A DNA stretch of 63,719 nucleotides, the filler included, from Lenisia limosa (lineage: Eukaryota; Protista; Breviatea), in assembly GCA_001655205.1 (NCBI GenBank). It is 12 parts of 12 records of this genome, joined end to end, with 100 filler letters (N's around TTAATTAATTAA, not from the genome) between each part and the next. Parts side by side here need not be neighbours in the genome. Positions count along the whole stretch, not along the records: positions 1 to 27,024 come from LPNZ01006761.1; positions 27,125 to 30,632 come from LPNZ01010826.1; 10 more parts are not named here. One strand, written 5' to 3'. Position numbers and translations under genes: made by a program. This document shows positions 12,001 to 29,482 of the stretch, in pieces; the first letter of the stretch is position 1; every line of letters starts with the position of its first letter. The notes beneath the pieces are model-generated. The model ran no database searches, was not told where the DNA came from, and saw nothing but the letters and a program-made list of their open reading frames with translations.

Positions 12001-14183
12001 ATGGAAACTGAGGATCTAAACCAAGAGTACCAAGACGCAAATCAGCTTGAAGAGGCGTTGAATCTTGTAGATACACTTCAAGATGATAATGATCAGCTTT
12101 TCCAGGAAAATGCCCGTCTCAAAAAGCTGCTTGAAGAATCTCAAGAGGAGGTAAGTTAAGGTTTATTTTCAATTCCTGCCTCGTGATTTGGACGATAAGT
12201 GTTTAGAATTGTCTAGATTATACATTTTAACCCTCTAGGTCAAGTATCTAACAAACTTCAACTCCAACAGAGATGCGGAATATGAGGTTTGAATGGTTTA
12301 TTTGCCTTTAAATAAAGTTAAAACCTGTTTTTATGTGTGAAATCAATTTACAACTTCTCCAGACTCTCAGTTGTATAACGTAATAGCCTATCTCTTCAGC
12401 TTTGTACCTCCCAAGGTTCTATATTTGCTGCAGTTATTTAAATGGCGTTATTAGTTCCATGTTTGCCTTGTTTTTTGTCTTCTCCCATACTTCTCTTCAA
12501 CTGATCTTTTATGCAAACCAGGATGCCACAAGAAGAATTGACAGCTTGATGGGAGAGACAAAAAATTTGAAAAAGTTCGCTAAGTATAATGAAAGGATAA
12601 CACAAAATACGATTGGATAATTTTCATGGTTCTAGGACTCTGAATGATGAGCGCTCCATTGCTGAACAGACAATTAATAATTTGATTTCTCAAAATGATG
12701 AAAGTAAGCGACTCGTCTCTCCTAATATTTTGCTAATATGCTCTAATAGTGATTAAACTGTAGATGGCACTTACCTCGTTTTTAGCCATAAAGATCCAAC
12801 AAATCCAAAATCAAGGACAAAACTTAACAAGTACATACAACGAGGCAGCTGAGCAGCGAATTTCTGAATTAGAAAATGATGTTCAAAAACTCAAGTCAAG
12901 AGGCCAGGTATGGGTAAAAATGCTAAAAACTACAGAATACGAAATTTATATCTCTATGTTTTTCCAAAATGTGTGTGTGATTGGAAAATTTAGGCACTTT
13001 TGGCTGAACACAAGAAAGCCCTTAAGGTTGTTGAAGCACAGCAAACAAGGATTGCAAACCAGGAGAACCAACTCTCTGCTGCACTCGCAAAATGGTATTT
13101 GAGGGTTAGAAAGCAGTGAAGTTAGGAGAGTAGTTTCATCATTGATTGATTATTTATTCCTTGTTATTGATAGGACTCACATATAGTAGTACATTTTTGT
13201 GTTTCTAATAATTTCAGCGAAGCAGTCAAGGCTATTGAAGATACCAACAGGGAGCTTAGAGAGCAAACGGTCACCTTAAAGTTGGTTGAGACCATTTGCA
13301 CTATAACAAATATTGTACATACGCATTACTTTTCTCAATTGGCCTCGAATTACATTAATGATATCGTGGACGGCTTTGGCTTGATATCCTCTTAATTTCT
13401 CTTTTTTTTGTATTGCTAAAGTTTTTGATTTATTTTGTAACACTTTAGATCACAGATCAAAGAATTGGAGAGTGTGGTCACCACTGCCGCTCCTTCTGCC
13501 GCCCTCCCTGATAACATTTGGGATGAAGGTGGGGAATGTCAACGATTCAAAAGTGAAATATTGAAATTTCCAAATGTTTGAACACTTTTACTCTCCAGTG
13601 GATAATGAGCGACAAACGGCAGTTAATGCCCTTGGTCACTTGCAAAAGGACCATGAAAGTCTCCAGGCCGAGCACGACCAAAGTATGGCAAAACAGGTGG
13701 GCGGCTGTTCTTTTTTTTTTTTTAGTAGCAACACAATGCATAAATTTAATTCTCGGGAAACACATAATTCAAAGTTGTATTACCGAAATGACTGGGCTTA
13801 GAACGCAATTAAGAAGAAAAGCAAACGCAAGATTGGCCTTCTTCAAGCTCAAATTCAGACTATGTCAACCACAGTTTGAGGAGCACTTCAAGATACTAAC
13901 GATTATCGCCCAATTTTCTTCTAAATCACAATTGTTTTACCCCTTAGAGCGTATTCTCGGCTACTGCTGGTGAGACAGTGACTGAGTGCTACTTGGAAGC
14001 CCAGCAGCTCAGAGATCTGGTTGGTACTATTGTGACTTGGAGTAATATCCTTTTTGGATATCGTTTTGATATTCTTAGATTGGAGTGATCCAGTCTATAA
14101 TGCATCGATATTTCTCGAGAATCCGACAAGCAAGGAACATGGTTGGCGGATCCCTGTGCAGGGCTATTGGACGTGATATGTAG
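12001..14183 (+). CDS. Long coiled-coil protein of unknown function
   Basis: ATG at 12001 (METEDLNQEYQD). Heptad-like E/Q/K/L-rich exons: LFQENARLKKLLEESQEE, AEQRISELENDVQKLK, ALLAEHKKALKVVEAQQTRIANQENQL. A phase-0 intron after 13873 links to SVFSATAGETVTECYLEAQQLRDL and a last exon ending GRDM*. Confidence 0.65.
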
Positions 14184-14951
14184 AGATGGAAAATAAAGGT
14201 AGTAGTATCTTGAAAAACCGTCCACACTATGCTTATCATATTGGACAATAGTATATGATATAATATTTATTCACCCCATCATTTGCTATAACTCTAGACA
14301 CACAACTTTCTGCGTGCCTCCCCAGCATGGGAACTGTATTGGAAAGGGATTTTTTTTATGTTTGGAATGTCTCACTTTTTCAGGATTGTGTGGACTCTGA
14401 AACGCAACAATTTGAGGGTTGGGAGGAGGAGGGAGGGGGGTTGGTTTAACAGTGTGACTCTTAAGCCGAATTCAGCAATATAATTGTACAATAAATATCA
14501 ATTACCCAAAGTCCCACCACTGCTTTGTGTCATAATATTACAAATGTGCTTTATTTTTGGTTTATTCTTTTTTCAGCCCCTTCTTTCACTTTGTAGCTTC
14601 TCTGTCATCCACACTCAACAAATCACATTTAATGAGAAGGCAACAAGGAATGTGGAGATGATCATGTCAAACAAGGACTATTTGGTAAGTTTGGTTTAAA
14701 ACTGATGTTCCGTTCTGACAACTCAGTTTTCCCATCGTGTCGATCAAAGTACCAGCTTTCAGGTCTTTATCTATTCAGAAAATTGATTTAATTTGTTTCG
14801 TTTTTTTTTTGATATTATTTTGAAATGAATGTATTCCCTTTTTACAAAGTGAATGAAGCTAAAAGTATCAATGTATCATGGTAAACATTTTCATAATGTA
14901 CATCTTTGGTAACAAATATACAGGTCACAATAGTGTGAGATTTACAGTTCT

Positions 14952-15526
14952 CTACTGTAGGCCTTGAAGGCCTAAAAGGAAAGTCTGTGGGAGCTGCTGG
15001 AGGAAGGAGGTAATTTGCTTTGACATTGAATCGCGCTCCTTCTTCTCACTTGAAAGTGAGTGAAATTAGAGTATGCTAATGAATTTCTATCATTCTCAAC
15101 AAGGCAACAACCCCTGCATACTTCTCAAGAAGCTCCTGGTAATTTGGAATACATTCCTTCTGAATTTTGTTGTAAAGGTCAGCATGTTCCTTCTGCAGCT
15201 TACTTATTTCATCAGCAAAGGCTTGGAAACGTTGTGAAATGTCCTGCTGGAGCTCTGAAGGAAATGAAACAGGTAACCGAAAATACGAGAAATTTTACGG
15301 CTCAAAAAATATACTTAATGTCATCAAGTATAATTCCGGGAAGAATGAAATGAAAGAAGAGCAAAGGTGCGAGATCAAGGAGCAAACTTTTGATAGGGTC
15401 TATCAAAATCGCTGCCGAGGTTTCCTCATCGAATTCTGGAGCAGGTTTACCTTCCTCAAAGTATCCTTCTTCGCGATACTGTCCATAATCCTCTTCAACA
15501 TATTCACTGGAGCCATTATACGACAT
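14952..15526 (-). CDS. Small acidic/coiled-coil protein
   Basis: Exons read MSYNGSSEYVEEDYGQY...LIDPIKSLLLDLAP, ELQQDISQRFQAFADEISKLQKEHADLYNKIQKECIPNYQELLEKYA and EKKERDSMSKQITSFLQQLPQ. Family not recognised. Confidence 0.55.
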
Positions 15527-15599
15527 TTTGATGCTTTGATCTAGTTGCTAATATTTAAAAACAGCGAACAAAGCATTAAATTAATAAAACTATAAGCCT

Positions 15600-18500
15600 G
15601 ATGCGAATTTTCTGTCACAGTGGATGGAGATAATTATTAATTTTGCAGTTCAACACCACAATCCAAAAAGAGGGGAGCAAAACTGCAAAACTGGTGCGAG
15701 AGTTACTGTGTTATTGTTGTTGTTGGTACAATTATAGACAGATTACAGACATGAGCTGAGCAGAAGAATGCGATTAGTGCGCCTAATTTTCTAATGGTCT
15801 CTTCTAACACTTCCCAGGAGCCAGACAAGATCTATGAGGAGCTACCAAGCTGCCCCGAGCCTGTGATTCTGACATATGTCTTCCCTCGACCTACTGACCT
15901 TCGAGGACGAACATCACATAATTTGGTTGGTGGGGATTATTTTTAAGAATGAAGGCTTCTGACAATCTGGATAGATCTTGTTAATTTGAAATTGGAAGGC
16001 TCCTTTGCCCAGTCTGCTTTTTATCTGATAACCCCTTCATCGATTGATTGGCGCGCTCTTTTTTTCTCTCTTTCTGTTTGAAATGAAGAAATGAAACCTG
16101 AGACTGTGGCGAAATGTCATCTTCATCTTTTTTCAAAGTATTTCTGGCAAACAAAGTAGAGTGTAGACCAAGAATGTTGATGGACTGGGTTTCTGATGAA
16201 AGTGAAATATCCACATTACTGTTCTTTTTTTTTTTTTNNNNNNNNNNNNNNNNNNNNNNNNNNNNNNNNNNNNNNNNNNNNNNNNNNNNNNNNNNNNNNN
16301 NNNNNNNNNNNNNNNNNNNNCCTCACCTCAGAATCGTCTCAATACCCAGCTGAGGGTATATGGCATGTTCTCGGAAAATGGGCTGACCAACAACACTTTG
16401 GCCATGCCGATAGCTCAGAATGTCTCGAATCTCATTTCAGAGTCACAAATATCGCAGCCGCCGGATAACCTCTATGTCATGCGGCGGAGCCAGGAAGACG
16501 TCAATCAATATGGTCCAACTATCGGTCCAATGTTGAACCCTAGTAGGTGGATCTATCCCAATTATCAATGACTGCGTGGAAAATACCAGGGCTACTTGTG
16601 ATGATAGAGTATGTTTGATCTGATCCCATACATTTACCCCTCCCCCAGCACAACCCATGCCAGGTTACTCTATACCTGCCTTCTCTACTCCAAATCAGCC
16701 CGTTCCGATGGAAATGAGCCCACAGCCGCAGAACACGATGCCTTTACAGGCTCCACCGCCTCAAAATACCCCGTCTTCCACAACTAAAATTCCAGCAAAT
16801 GTTCACTCTGCTGTTCCCCCGAAGGCCATCCAGAACCCTATTGATCCAACAGCCGCGTCGGCTGTCCCAGCTTCATCCGTCAATCTAAACAATGCTAACC
16901 TGGTAGTTGGGGTGACTCATTGTTGTTTTCTTATTGCATTGGATATTAAGAGGTGCACTTTCTTTATTATTTTCCAAATATGATGTATCTGTAGTGTATA
17001 ATAGCAAAATGAGCTGAGATTTTTATGGAGAAAAACAACTTGTGTATTAGTACTTAACAAAAGTACTCCATTAATTTAATCCAGGGCAACAATTATACCA
17101 ATGCGCAAGCCCAAGTATTTCCGCAGGTTATTCCAGCTGAGTTCCACCCAAGGTATGTAAAAAAAACTGTGTGCCTTATTGATGTCAGATTCAAAAGCTA
17201 CTCTTTACGGGAATTATGTATGGAGCTTGAGGCCCAACAGGATGATCGTGAAGGTATGTATAGGTCATCTTTCCCCAACAAAAGAACAATCTAATAATGT
17301 ATTTAGAGCATGAAGGACCAAATGAAGTTATGGGTTTCACTCTTGCACCCCCTCCTCGGCTTTCTTACTTAGCTCAAAAGAATGACGAAGACCAAGACAA
17401 AGGAATTGAAGAAAGTACAGAAGAAGAAGCGGGAACCACAACACACGTGAGCAAGTGGAGGATTTTCTGCTTTTACTCATATTAGCTGTGTGTGTTTAAC
17501 CTTATTTAGAATGAAGCAAATGAAGAAAAAAGAGACGTTCCTCAAGGTATTAACGTACCCAGTTTCTTTGACTAGTATGTCCTTCCTTACAACATATAGA
17601 TGAAGACGCCAGTCCCGTTGATTCGCCAATGGATTCTAGCCTCGATGATGAATTGGAACAGGTGGTTCTACCTACTGGTGAAGATCCTGAAAGTGTCGGT
17701 TCAATGTGGGTGATTGCCAATATTGGCTTCTTTTGCTCAAATTTTTTGTTTAGTCTTTCGATTGTGCCCTGCAATTAGATTACGACGTCTTCCAACGCAT
17801 TTTCTTTTGAAGTATTTTGCCTGATAATATAAGGGTCTTGCCAGACTTCGACATAGATGCTGATGGCATCGCACGGTCCATCTTGACCAGTGTCTCTAAT
17901 AATGGTTGGAAGATGGTGTTCTTTCTCTCTTTCTTTGGGCTTTTTTTTTTTATGAAAGATTGGGTACTACATTTTCTTTTTGTCGTAACCAACGTGGATG
18001 CGATATAATTCTTACCAAAGAGTCTATTTGGAGGGACATAAGTGATGCTTGCGTGAAGGAATTCATAGCAATTGACACCATAGAGCGCCAAGAATCTCTG
18101 CGAACAATTGTCAAACCTTCCATCTCAGTAAACCCCGCGGTCATGCCTGATACCGAACCGGTCACTCAGTTTGAGGTGAGGGGGGGGGGGGTCACAGAAC
18201 TGTATCCGAGGATGTTAATATTGTCGTAGTGCTCCCGAGTTTTTTGAACGTAATGTTATCATCGCAATTATCGGAACATAACTGAGAGTGGGAAGTGCTC
18301 ATAGATCTAGACGGTTGTACCACCGTCAGCTCCACATATTCCTTTGAACACCCTTCCTGCAGATCTTTTTGAGAGTTATACGGTAGCACCATCGACACAT
18401 GTGCCAGGTAGGGTTTATTCTGTGTACAACCCACAATTTCTCACTGTTTTAGCAAACAGAAAGAGAGGATCACGAGCAAGAGCGTATGTGGCTGGCTGTT

Positions 18501-19060
18501 GTGTACATTCAATAAAGTGATTGTTTTTCATCGAATTTCTTCTTTCCCCTTCTATTGACATTCTTGTAGCAAGCAAATCAATGACCTCACACCACAAGAA
18601 ACTGTTGAAGAGGGACGGAACAAGATTGTGTGGTCGGAGGTGGCCAATTCAATGATGCCTCTTGCTGTCAACGGAAGGTATTGTTTTGGAGAGGGTAAAT
18701 TTGTTGTTACGACATCTTAAGATAAGTTATTGTGAAAATTTATGCTCTAGGCATGCACGGGTCATTGAATCTCGAAGGGAGAAAAGGGCACTCTGGGCTG
18801 AGCAAGGGGGTCGTTCATTCATCAAAATCAGACAGGTTCGGTGATAATAGACTGCTATGATGACAGTGAAAACCCTGTTCTTCAGAGTCATTTTCATTTT
18901 TTATATTTTAGGATTTCCTCTACCACAAGTCTAACCTTACCCGAGATCGAGCAGGGAAGTTCTTAAGGAAGAAGAAAAATAGGTGGGTATCCCCCCTCTC
19001 ACATATCATGTTAGATGTCCATGAGCAATAAGATACGATGATATTCCCAATTGAACCCTC
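15600..19060 (+). CDS. Hypothetical multi-exon protein with central Pro/Gln-rich and acidic low-complexity regions
   Basis: Exon segments: EPDKIYEELPSCPEPVILTYVFPRPTDLRG, PMPGYSIPAFSTPNQPVPMEMSPQPQ, EDQDKGIEESTEEE, LPDNIRVLPDFDIDADGIARSIL, HARVIESRREKRALWAEQGGRSF. Start and stop are not resolved. Confidence 0.5.
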
Positions 19061-19361
19061 GCTGACCACCCTATAGGTAATATTTGTTCAGTATGGTAGG
19101 GGAATTGCAGTTTTCCGGATGGTTAATTATTTGGTGTTTCTTGTTTGTTGTTTCTTGTCTATTTAAATGTATTTTTTGTACAATAGAACACAACTTGATT
19201 CTCAACGTTAAATATTAATATCATATTTTCTCAGACTTTTTGTATAGAGCCATCCTTTTGGAATGATAAAATATCGTAGGCGTAGATTGGGGATCAAAAG
19301 AAAGATGAACAGGGTGATTCAAACACTTAAATTCGCATATTGAAGTCAAATAGACCAGCTT

Positions 19362-21019
19362 CTACTGGTCCAGCTTTCGAACCAACATTGTCAAGTCTCT
19401 GATGTGATTGTCCAAGGACTCTTTTTCAACAAGCGCATCATCTAATATGTGAGCTAATTTAATACGAAGGTATTATCGTATCATAAAACAAAAAAAAAAA
19501 GAACATTTCATAACTATTTATCTGTCTGGTTGCCCAAATACGCAGTTGATAGAGGTACTCCTTGTTGGCACCTGAAGGTCCAACTGATTCGAAAATTTGT
19601 TGCGCAATATCTGGTAAGGGTCTTTCTCCAAGGTACTCCTCGTTCTCCTCAGTGGCTCGGTAAACAAGGGCAGCTGTGGTTGTGAGATATGCAAGTGCCA
19701 TAATCAGATCCAAAAATGATCCTGAAAACCTGATTATTTTTCATCAGACAATCTGAAAGTCAAGCTCTTTAGGAAAGTCCAGCTAATGAGGCTACATTTA
19801 ATGGAGCATCCCATAAGAAGAGAATACTAACTTTGAACTGGAGAAGCGCCATCATCAAAATGCACTGTCACCTCATCTCGACTGTACCCCCCCTAACAAG
19901 TGAAGATGTATAGATAAGACCCAAAGTCCTATTATCAATACAATGAGAATTGTAACAATAAAAATGGAGTAAATGATTGTATCTGACCAAATTTCTCCAC
20001 TTGTTTACCTTTTCTCTGAAATCAAGGTAATCAAGCACGGCTGGTGCTTCTTCATCAGAGACTCCATACACCTTCCCATAGACTTTCTATAAGTTCATCA
20101 ATTTCAATAAGCCCCCAACATAGTGTTTCCCTACGGGTAGCACTGAGAAACAAAAAAGAGTGTCAAGTCGAAGTTGTCAAACCAGTTCATACCCTCATGT
20201 TTTCAAGATATAATTATCTCCATCCCAGCATACTTTCAAGGATTACATTATATGATATACAATAGCATATATGTCCCGCTAAACCCNNNNNNNNNNNNNN
20301 NNNNNNNNNNNNNNNNNNNNNNNNNNNNNNNNNNNNNNNNNNNNNNNNNNNNNNNNNNNNNNNNNNNNNNNNNNNNNNNNNNNNNNNNNNNNNNNNNNNN
20401 NNNNNNNNNNNNNNNNNNNNNNNNNNNNNNNNNNNNNNNNNNNNNNNNNNNTAAGGTAAAAACATATCTGCACAATAACCCAAGTAGTCTACCTGAGCAA
20501 ATGCGGACTTGAATGTTGAATAAAAACTATTTCACCTCGCAATTACACCCTTGAACACGTCTATCTCACATACATGTTCGTCATTCGTTTTGAGAAGGGT
20601 GACAACACGTCCTGGACTTCCAGGAACTCCACGATGGTCAGTAGACCCTTGGTAAAACAGCCTGAACGATAAAAAAAAATAATGCCCTCAGCCACGTCGT
20701 GTTCATATATTGTTTCTGATTTACCTGAGGAAAACAGAAAACAATATGATCTATAAAACAAGGTAGACGCTGGACTCATACTATGTACCATGTATTGAGC
20801 GCTGTCGCTCTCTATCTGCATAAAATGGACACTCCCACCTTTGAAATCCAGTAATATACCCCCATTTGCTTTCAATAAACCTAAAACAGTAAAATAGCAC
20901 AAAGTGTAAAAATGAATATCAGAATTCAGTGAAAAGTACACTTTTCAAACACAAAAAACCCACGGTATCTGTTCACTGGGCCTCCAAACCAGGCTCCCAT
21001 ATCCGAAAATCCAAAGCAT
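19362..21019 (-). CDS. CHAC: ChaC-family glutathione-specific gamma-glutamylcyclotransferase
   Basis: [45 protein letters not shown]|GGY (catalytic Glu), [15 protein letters not shown] and [15 protein letters not shown] are all ChaC hallmarks. Confidence 0.95.
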
Positions 21020-21519
21020 GACAAGCAGGTTTGTAAAGTCTTCTTTCTTCAGAGTGTTAAAGCTGTCAGGGGTAATGAAGGTGGACAGCAAGACTGTCTT
21101 TGAGAGGTTTTAACAAGTCGTTTTCCAGTCTACTAATAAAATATGGTAAAAAACAATTATAAACTTAAACAACGGATGATGGCGAGGGAGCGAGGAGGGA
21201 GGAGGAGAGGCTTTGACATTTTGTTTGTAGTGGGACCAAAAAAATAATATCAAAAAGGCATCCATCCAGGATTGGGTTGTCTGGTGGTCCGTCGGATGTT
21301 CTTGCTCAAGATAATTCTGTTTATCAATATTTATCCGTATATACAAACAATACTCCCGCATATTGAATTATTGAATATTATTATCTGATTGAGTAGTCAC
21401 CTCAAAAAATGATTGAGAAATTGTACATTAACATCACAACATGAGAGAGAAAAGAAAATGAACTTGAGAGAAACATAGAATGGAAATAAAAAAACAAAAA
21501 AAAAACAGATAATAGCACA

Positions 21520-25206
<3,687 letters not shown>

Positions 25207-26090
25207 TTTAGATAAACTAGGATTAATTATCACGTTTTTTTGGTAACATTATCCATATATCAGCTAAGGAAAGCACTCCGGGAAGAGAAAAACTCCTATT
25301 AATACAACGCTCTCAACTATCCTGTAAAACACTAATCTTTTATTTTGTGAAACACTTCTTCAAAATAAGAACTTTCTTCCGAATTTTCGATTGTTTCGAT
25401 CGGGAACTAACAATGGTTTGTATACCATAAGTTACGTTATATCATCCACCCTTCCCCTGGCCTTCCCTTCACCCAGCCTTCACCTCTTCTCTCTCTTTGC
25501 TGATTTTATTACTTTATTACATTATACTTTGACTAAATTAGGACATTTAAGCAGCATTATACCTTGACGTCGACCTTCAACAAAACCAGTCCACCAAAAA
25601 AACCCTCTTTCAACTGTCCAAGCAAATGATACCATATTTTCTGTAGATCTGAGTTCTAGAGAGCAATAATAGACGGCTTTTTTCATTATGAAAGGAGGTA
25701 ATTCTACTCCTCTGCGACCTTTCTTCAAAAATAAGGACAATGGCACGCATGAGGTTGTCAGAAAGGTGTAGTTGGGTATCATATTTGTTTTGATCACTGT
25801 GAAAGGACTAATGTTGCTAAATAAACAGATAGAATGATTTTGGATTGTTAATTTTGAATTGCCATGTTATTTCACTCCTGCTCAACAAGACCATGCTAAT
25901 TNNNNNNNNNNNNNNNNNNNNNNNNNNNNNNNNNNNNNNNNNNNNNNNNNNNNNNNNNNNNNNNNNNNNNNNNNNNNNNNNNNNNNNNNNNNNNNNNNNN
26001 NNNNNNNNNNNNNNNNNNNNNNNNNNNNNNNNNNNNNNNNNNNNNNNNNNNNNNNNNNNNNNNNNNNNNNNNNNNNNNNNNNNNNNNNNA

Positions 26091-27005
26091 GCTTGAAGAT
26101 GATTATGACAAAGACAGTGCTCCTAGTAAAACATGGCGAGATGAATGGCAGTCCATGACCCTACTTGTGGTTCTGTGTATGCTGGGACACATTTCAACCA
26201 GTGCATGAAGTCTCTTTTTTTGGATTCTGCTCTGAACTGTAACAGCAGGACTATAAAGGTTTACTGACGCATTGTAGATGTCATCCAAGGTATTCCTCAA
26301 GGGCTGACTTTTGGGTCCCTTCCCTTCCTTCTTCAACGCAAACTCTCTTATACCGAAATGGTGTGGGGTGGACTGTTGAGAGTCGAGCACCAACAGAACT
26401 TCTCATAATTCAGGGTATCTTCTCTCTTGCTGGCTACCCCTACTGTCTGAAGCTCTTTTGGTCGCCTTTTGTCGACACCGTTTATAACAAAGGTTGCCAG
26501 GGCATACTGATGAAAGGTGTCTTTTCCTGGTATTCTTATTGAATGGATATATGACAGCTTCGGCGAGATTACATCATGTGTGATGCACGTACATTTTTAA
26601 CACACTTTTACCATCTCCTGTTACTCACTTAGGAGAAAAAATTCCCAAAATTATTTGCCAGATGCTTGTTCATTACCTCATGCTTCTGTTCTTTCTTGCT
26701 TGACGTTTCAGCGTTCGGGAGGAGACGGACTTGGATTGTTCCTGTTCAGCTCATTGTTGCTGCTGTGTTGATGTGGCTCTCTTGGTCATTTTCAGATATG
26801 GTGGGGCCGAAGGAGATTCAGACATGCTTTAAATATCACTTTGTTACAGCAAATAGAGAATCATACTCTGAGAAGGAGAATTAACCCTTTTTAACGGTAT
26901 TTCAGGTTGAATCTGACGCTGATATTTCTTCCTCAATATGGTGGATGACTGCGGTCTTCTTCTTTTTGATCCTGATGATCGCTACCCAAGATATTGCTGT
27001 GGATG
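26091..27005 (+). CDS. SLC33A1: Acetyl-CoA transporter AT-1 (SLC33A1/ACATN, MFS), 5' fragment cut by N gap and spacer
   Basis: GIPQGLTFGSLPFLL, GIFSLAGYPYCLKLFWSPFVDTVY, FGRRRTWIVPVQL and FLILMIATQDIAVDG match AT-1 family motifs. Confidence 0.9.
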
Positions 27006-27024
27006 GTGGGGGGGGGGGGGGGGG

Positions 27025-27124
27025 NNNNNNNNNNNNNNNNNNNNNNNNNNNNNNNNNNNNNNNNNNNNTTAATTAATTAANNNNNNNNNNNNNNNNNNNN
27101 NNNNNNNNNNNNNNNNNNNNNNNN
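27025..27124. other. Artificial contig spacer (N44-TTAATTAATTAA-N44), first of 11
   Basis: The identical 12-mer (stop codons in all six frames) starts at 27069, 30677, 32343, 33706, 34930, 37181, 44227, 50616, 52233, 57154 and 62279, each time centred in about 100 bp of N. Confidence 0.95.
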
Positions 27125-28994
27125 GTGCATCGGAGCGGTTTCGGCAATTTCTGGCTCCTTTGGTCCCTTCTTCCTGCCCTTGCCCTTCGCCGTTTGCTGG
27201 TCATCTACAGTTGGATGAGACGTATTTTTAGAGATGTTCACCCATAACTTTTGAGTCTAAGTGTTGACACATATTCAACAAGAATGGTAGGGTATCCTGG
27301 CAGTAGTTATTCCCATAATGGGATACGCACCTGCCAGTCAAATTCCAACCGTTTTGCCTAAGCTATCACCAAAACAGCCGCACCCCGCAATAATTATGGT
27401 GATTTGTTTGTGGTATCCCTATGTGTTCTTATGTTTCCCTTAATTTATTGAATATATTTTCTTGAAACAAAAAAAAATGATAGCGGTTCAAGATTCGCTC
27501 AAAACTATTTTCAGGTTGATGAAAAATATCTATTGTCCCAAGCACTTACCCACTATCACCAAAACAGTGGCACTTTGCCCACCCCACAAACCGCGCTTGC
27601 TTTTGTACTCTTCCGGGCGCCCGCTTCCCCTCTTGTGCTTCGGGGCAATATCGTCGTCATCCATGTCTTCGTTGGTTGCGGCGGCGGAGTGCTGGNNNNN
27701 NNNNNNNNNNNNNNNNNNNNNNNNNNNNNNNNNNNNNNNNNNNNNNNNNNNNNNNNNNNNNNNNNNNNNNNNNNNNNNNNNNNNNNNNNNNNNNNNNNNN
27801 NNNNNNNNNNNNNNNNNNNNNNNNNNNNNNNNNNNNNNNNNNNNNNNNNNNNNNNNNNNNNNNNNNNNNNAAAGAAATTTCGATGAAGAATAATGGCGTA
27901 AAGGTAAGAATCACGAACCTAATCTGAAATTACAAATAAACAATAACAAACTGCAACCAATGCTAAAACTAGACAAAACCAGATGACACAAAAAAAGCGC
28001 AACACAGCAAAAATGGACCTGTGAAGCCCTAGTTCTAATAATAAAACATCTCACCGGTAGTGGAAGGGCCAAGAGAGAGGCTTTTCTCCATCAAACTCGA
28101 GAGCTGTTGGGTTTCTAGACAGCATTAGGCAAAGTGATACAAAGCGCTTCACACTCCATTGAATATTTGTCTTTCGAGCATATATATATACATACATATG
28201 TATATATAACCTATTTTATTTAATCTATAATGTTTGAAATGATTAAAAAGCTAAAATACTAGAATATGAACAGAAATAAGAATAGTTAATACGCCAAGGA
28301 GCGTGAAGTCGTGATAGTATGGTATTTTGTTTCTTTGGTATCCTATGTAGTGACCGGGACAAGCCTTGACCGATTTTCCTTTTGGGAAATCATAGAGCAA
28401 GTCGGTCAAGACTTATCCTGGTGAGATGCGAAATAAAATAAGGATGTACGTCCACACCATCACGTTTAAGAGATATTGTATGTGACCGGGATAAGTCTTG
28501 ACCGATTTGCTATTTGATTACCAAGGATAATCGGTCAAGACGTATCCCGGTCACTGCCTTTGCATTTGTTTCCAAGATATTATGTAATTTACATGATTCT
28601 ACATGCTCTCTAAAAAAGCTGAAACCCCATCCCACCTTCATGCTTCTTTCCCTTGCTGTACTTCTTGCCCGAAGAGGCCTAAAAGAGTAAGTTCCCATTA
28701 TGGAAGGAAAGGCCATATACTATCATACATCATCTGTTCACATTACAGTTAAATATTTTGGGTTTTAAGCAATCCCTCTTCTTATATTCCCATGTAATTC
28801 TTAAACGATCTTCAACAATACACAACAGAACGACAGAATAATCAAGATGTGATTTTGAGTGTGGAAATACAACTCTGCGCTCTCACAATCCCAACACAAA
28901 AGAAAACAAAAAGAGCACCCACCTTCTGAGATTCATTGGAACGGCTGGGCTGATCGTCCTTCTTCCTCTGCTTGTAGTGCTGCGGGGTGAGCAT
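27125..28994 (-). CDS. Hypothetical Lys/Arg- and Asp-rich protein, 5' fragment
   Basis: ATG at 28994: MLTPQHYKQRKKDDQPSRSNESQK|ASSGKKYSKGKKHE|ETQQLSSLMEKSL. Later segments DMDDDDIAPKHKRGSGRPEEYKSKRGLW and DDQQTAKGKGRKKGPKEPE. Splice phases fit for the first three exons. Confidence 0.5.
28348..28556. mobile_element. Two adjacent copies of MITE family A (about 76-bp hairpin, TIR CAGTGACCGGGATAAGTCTTGACCGATT)
   Basis: Copies at 28348-28424 and 28481-28556 each have inverted arms ending AATCGGTCAAGAC(T/G)TATCC(C/T)GGT. Confidence 0.75.
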
Positions 28995-29482
28995 TTTGAC
29001 TTCGTGAACTAATGAACAAGATCGGGGATAGTTCAAACAAAGTTGACAAGTGAACAGTGGTTAAGCCAAATAAAAACATTTATAAAACAATAAAATAACG
29101 ACAATAGAGGAGAGTGAGCATTTCACAACTAGTAGTACAGAGACCATATATAGTAAACAACAAAAGGAAACCTACCCCCATTTTTTGTACGTGGAAAATC
29201 ACAACTTCTTTCTCCTGATAAATAAATTCTTTAATTAACAATGTGGGAGCATAGAGGAGAAAAAATAAACAGTCAAAAGGAAAGCAGGCGGCCGCGGGGC
29301 CATGGCCTTTGGGCGGCGGGCCTAGAGGATCCCCGGTTACGTTCCGGGATCCAAACGAATTTTGTGTGTGTTGAAAAAATAAAAGCAGGAGAAGAGTTCA
29401 GAGAGGACTTGTGTACTTGTGTAGTGTACGTGATATACAAACAGATAAAAATCGGTCCGCCGAAAGTGGAATCAAAGCAATC

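Noticed and set aside
13989-14225. Minus-strand 78-aa ORF as a separate gene
   Set aside because: It is the antisense shadow of the last two exons of the plus-strand coiled-coil gene, which have proper splice sites.
29316-29336. CTAGAGGATCCCCGG resembling the pUC polylinker, with nearby NotI and NcoI sites
   Set aside because: The match is only about 15 nt, mismatches on both sides, is explained by a local hairpin, and no other vector sequence is adjacent. Raw reads would settle it.
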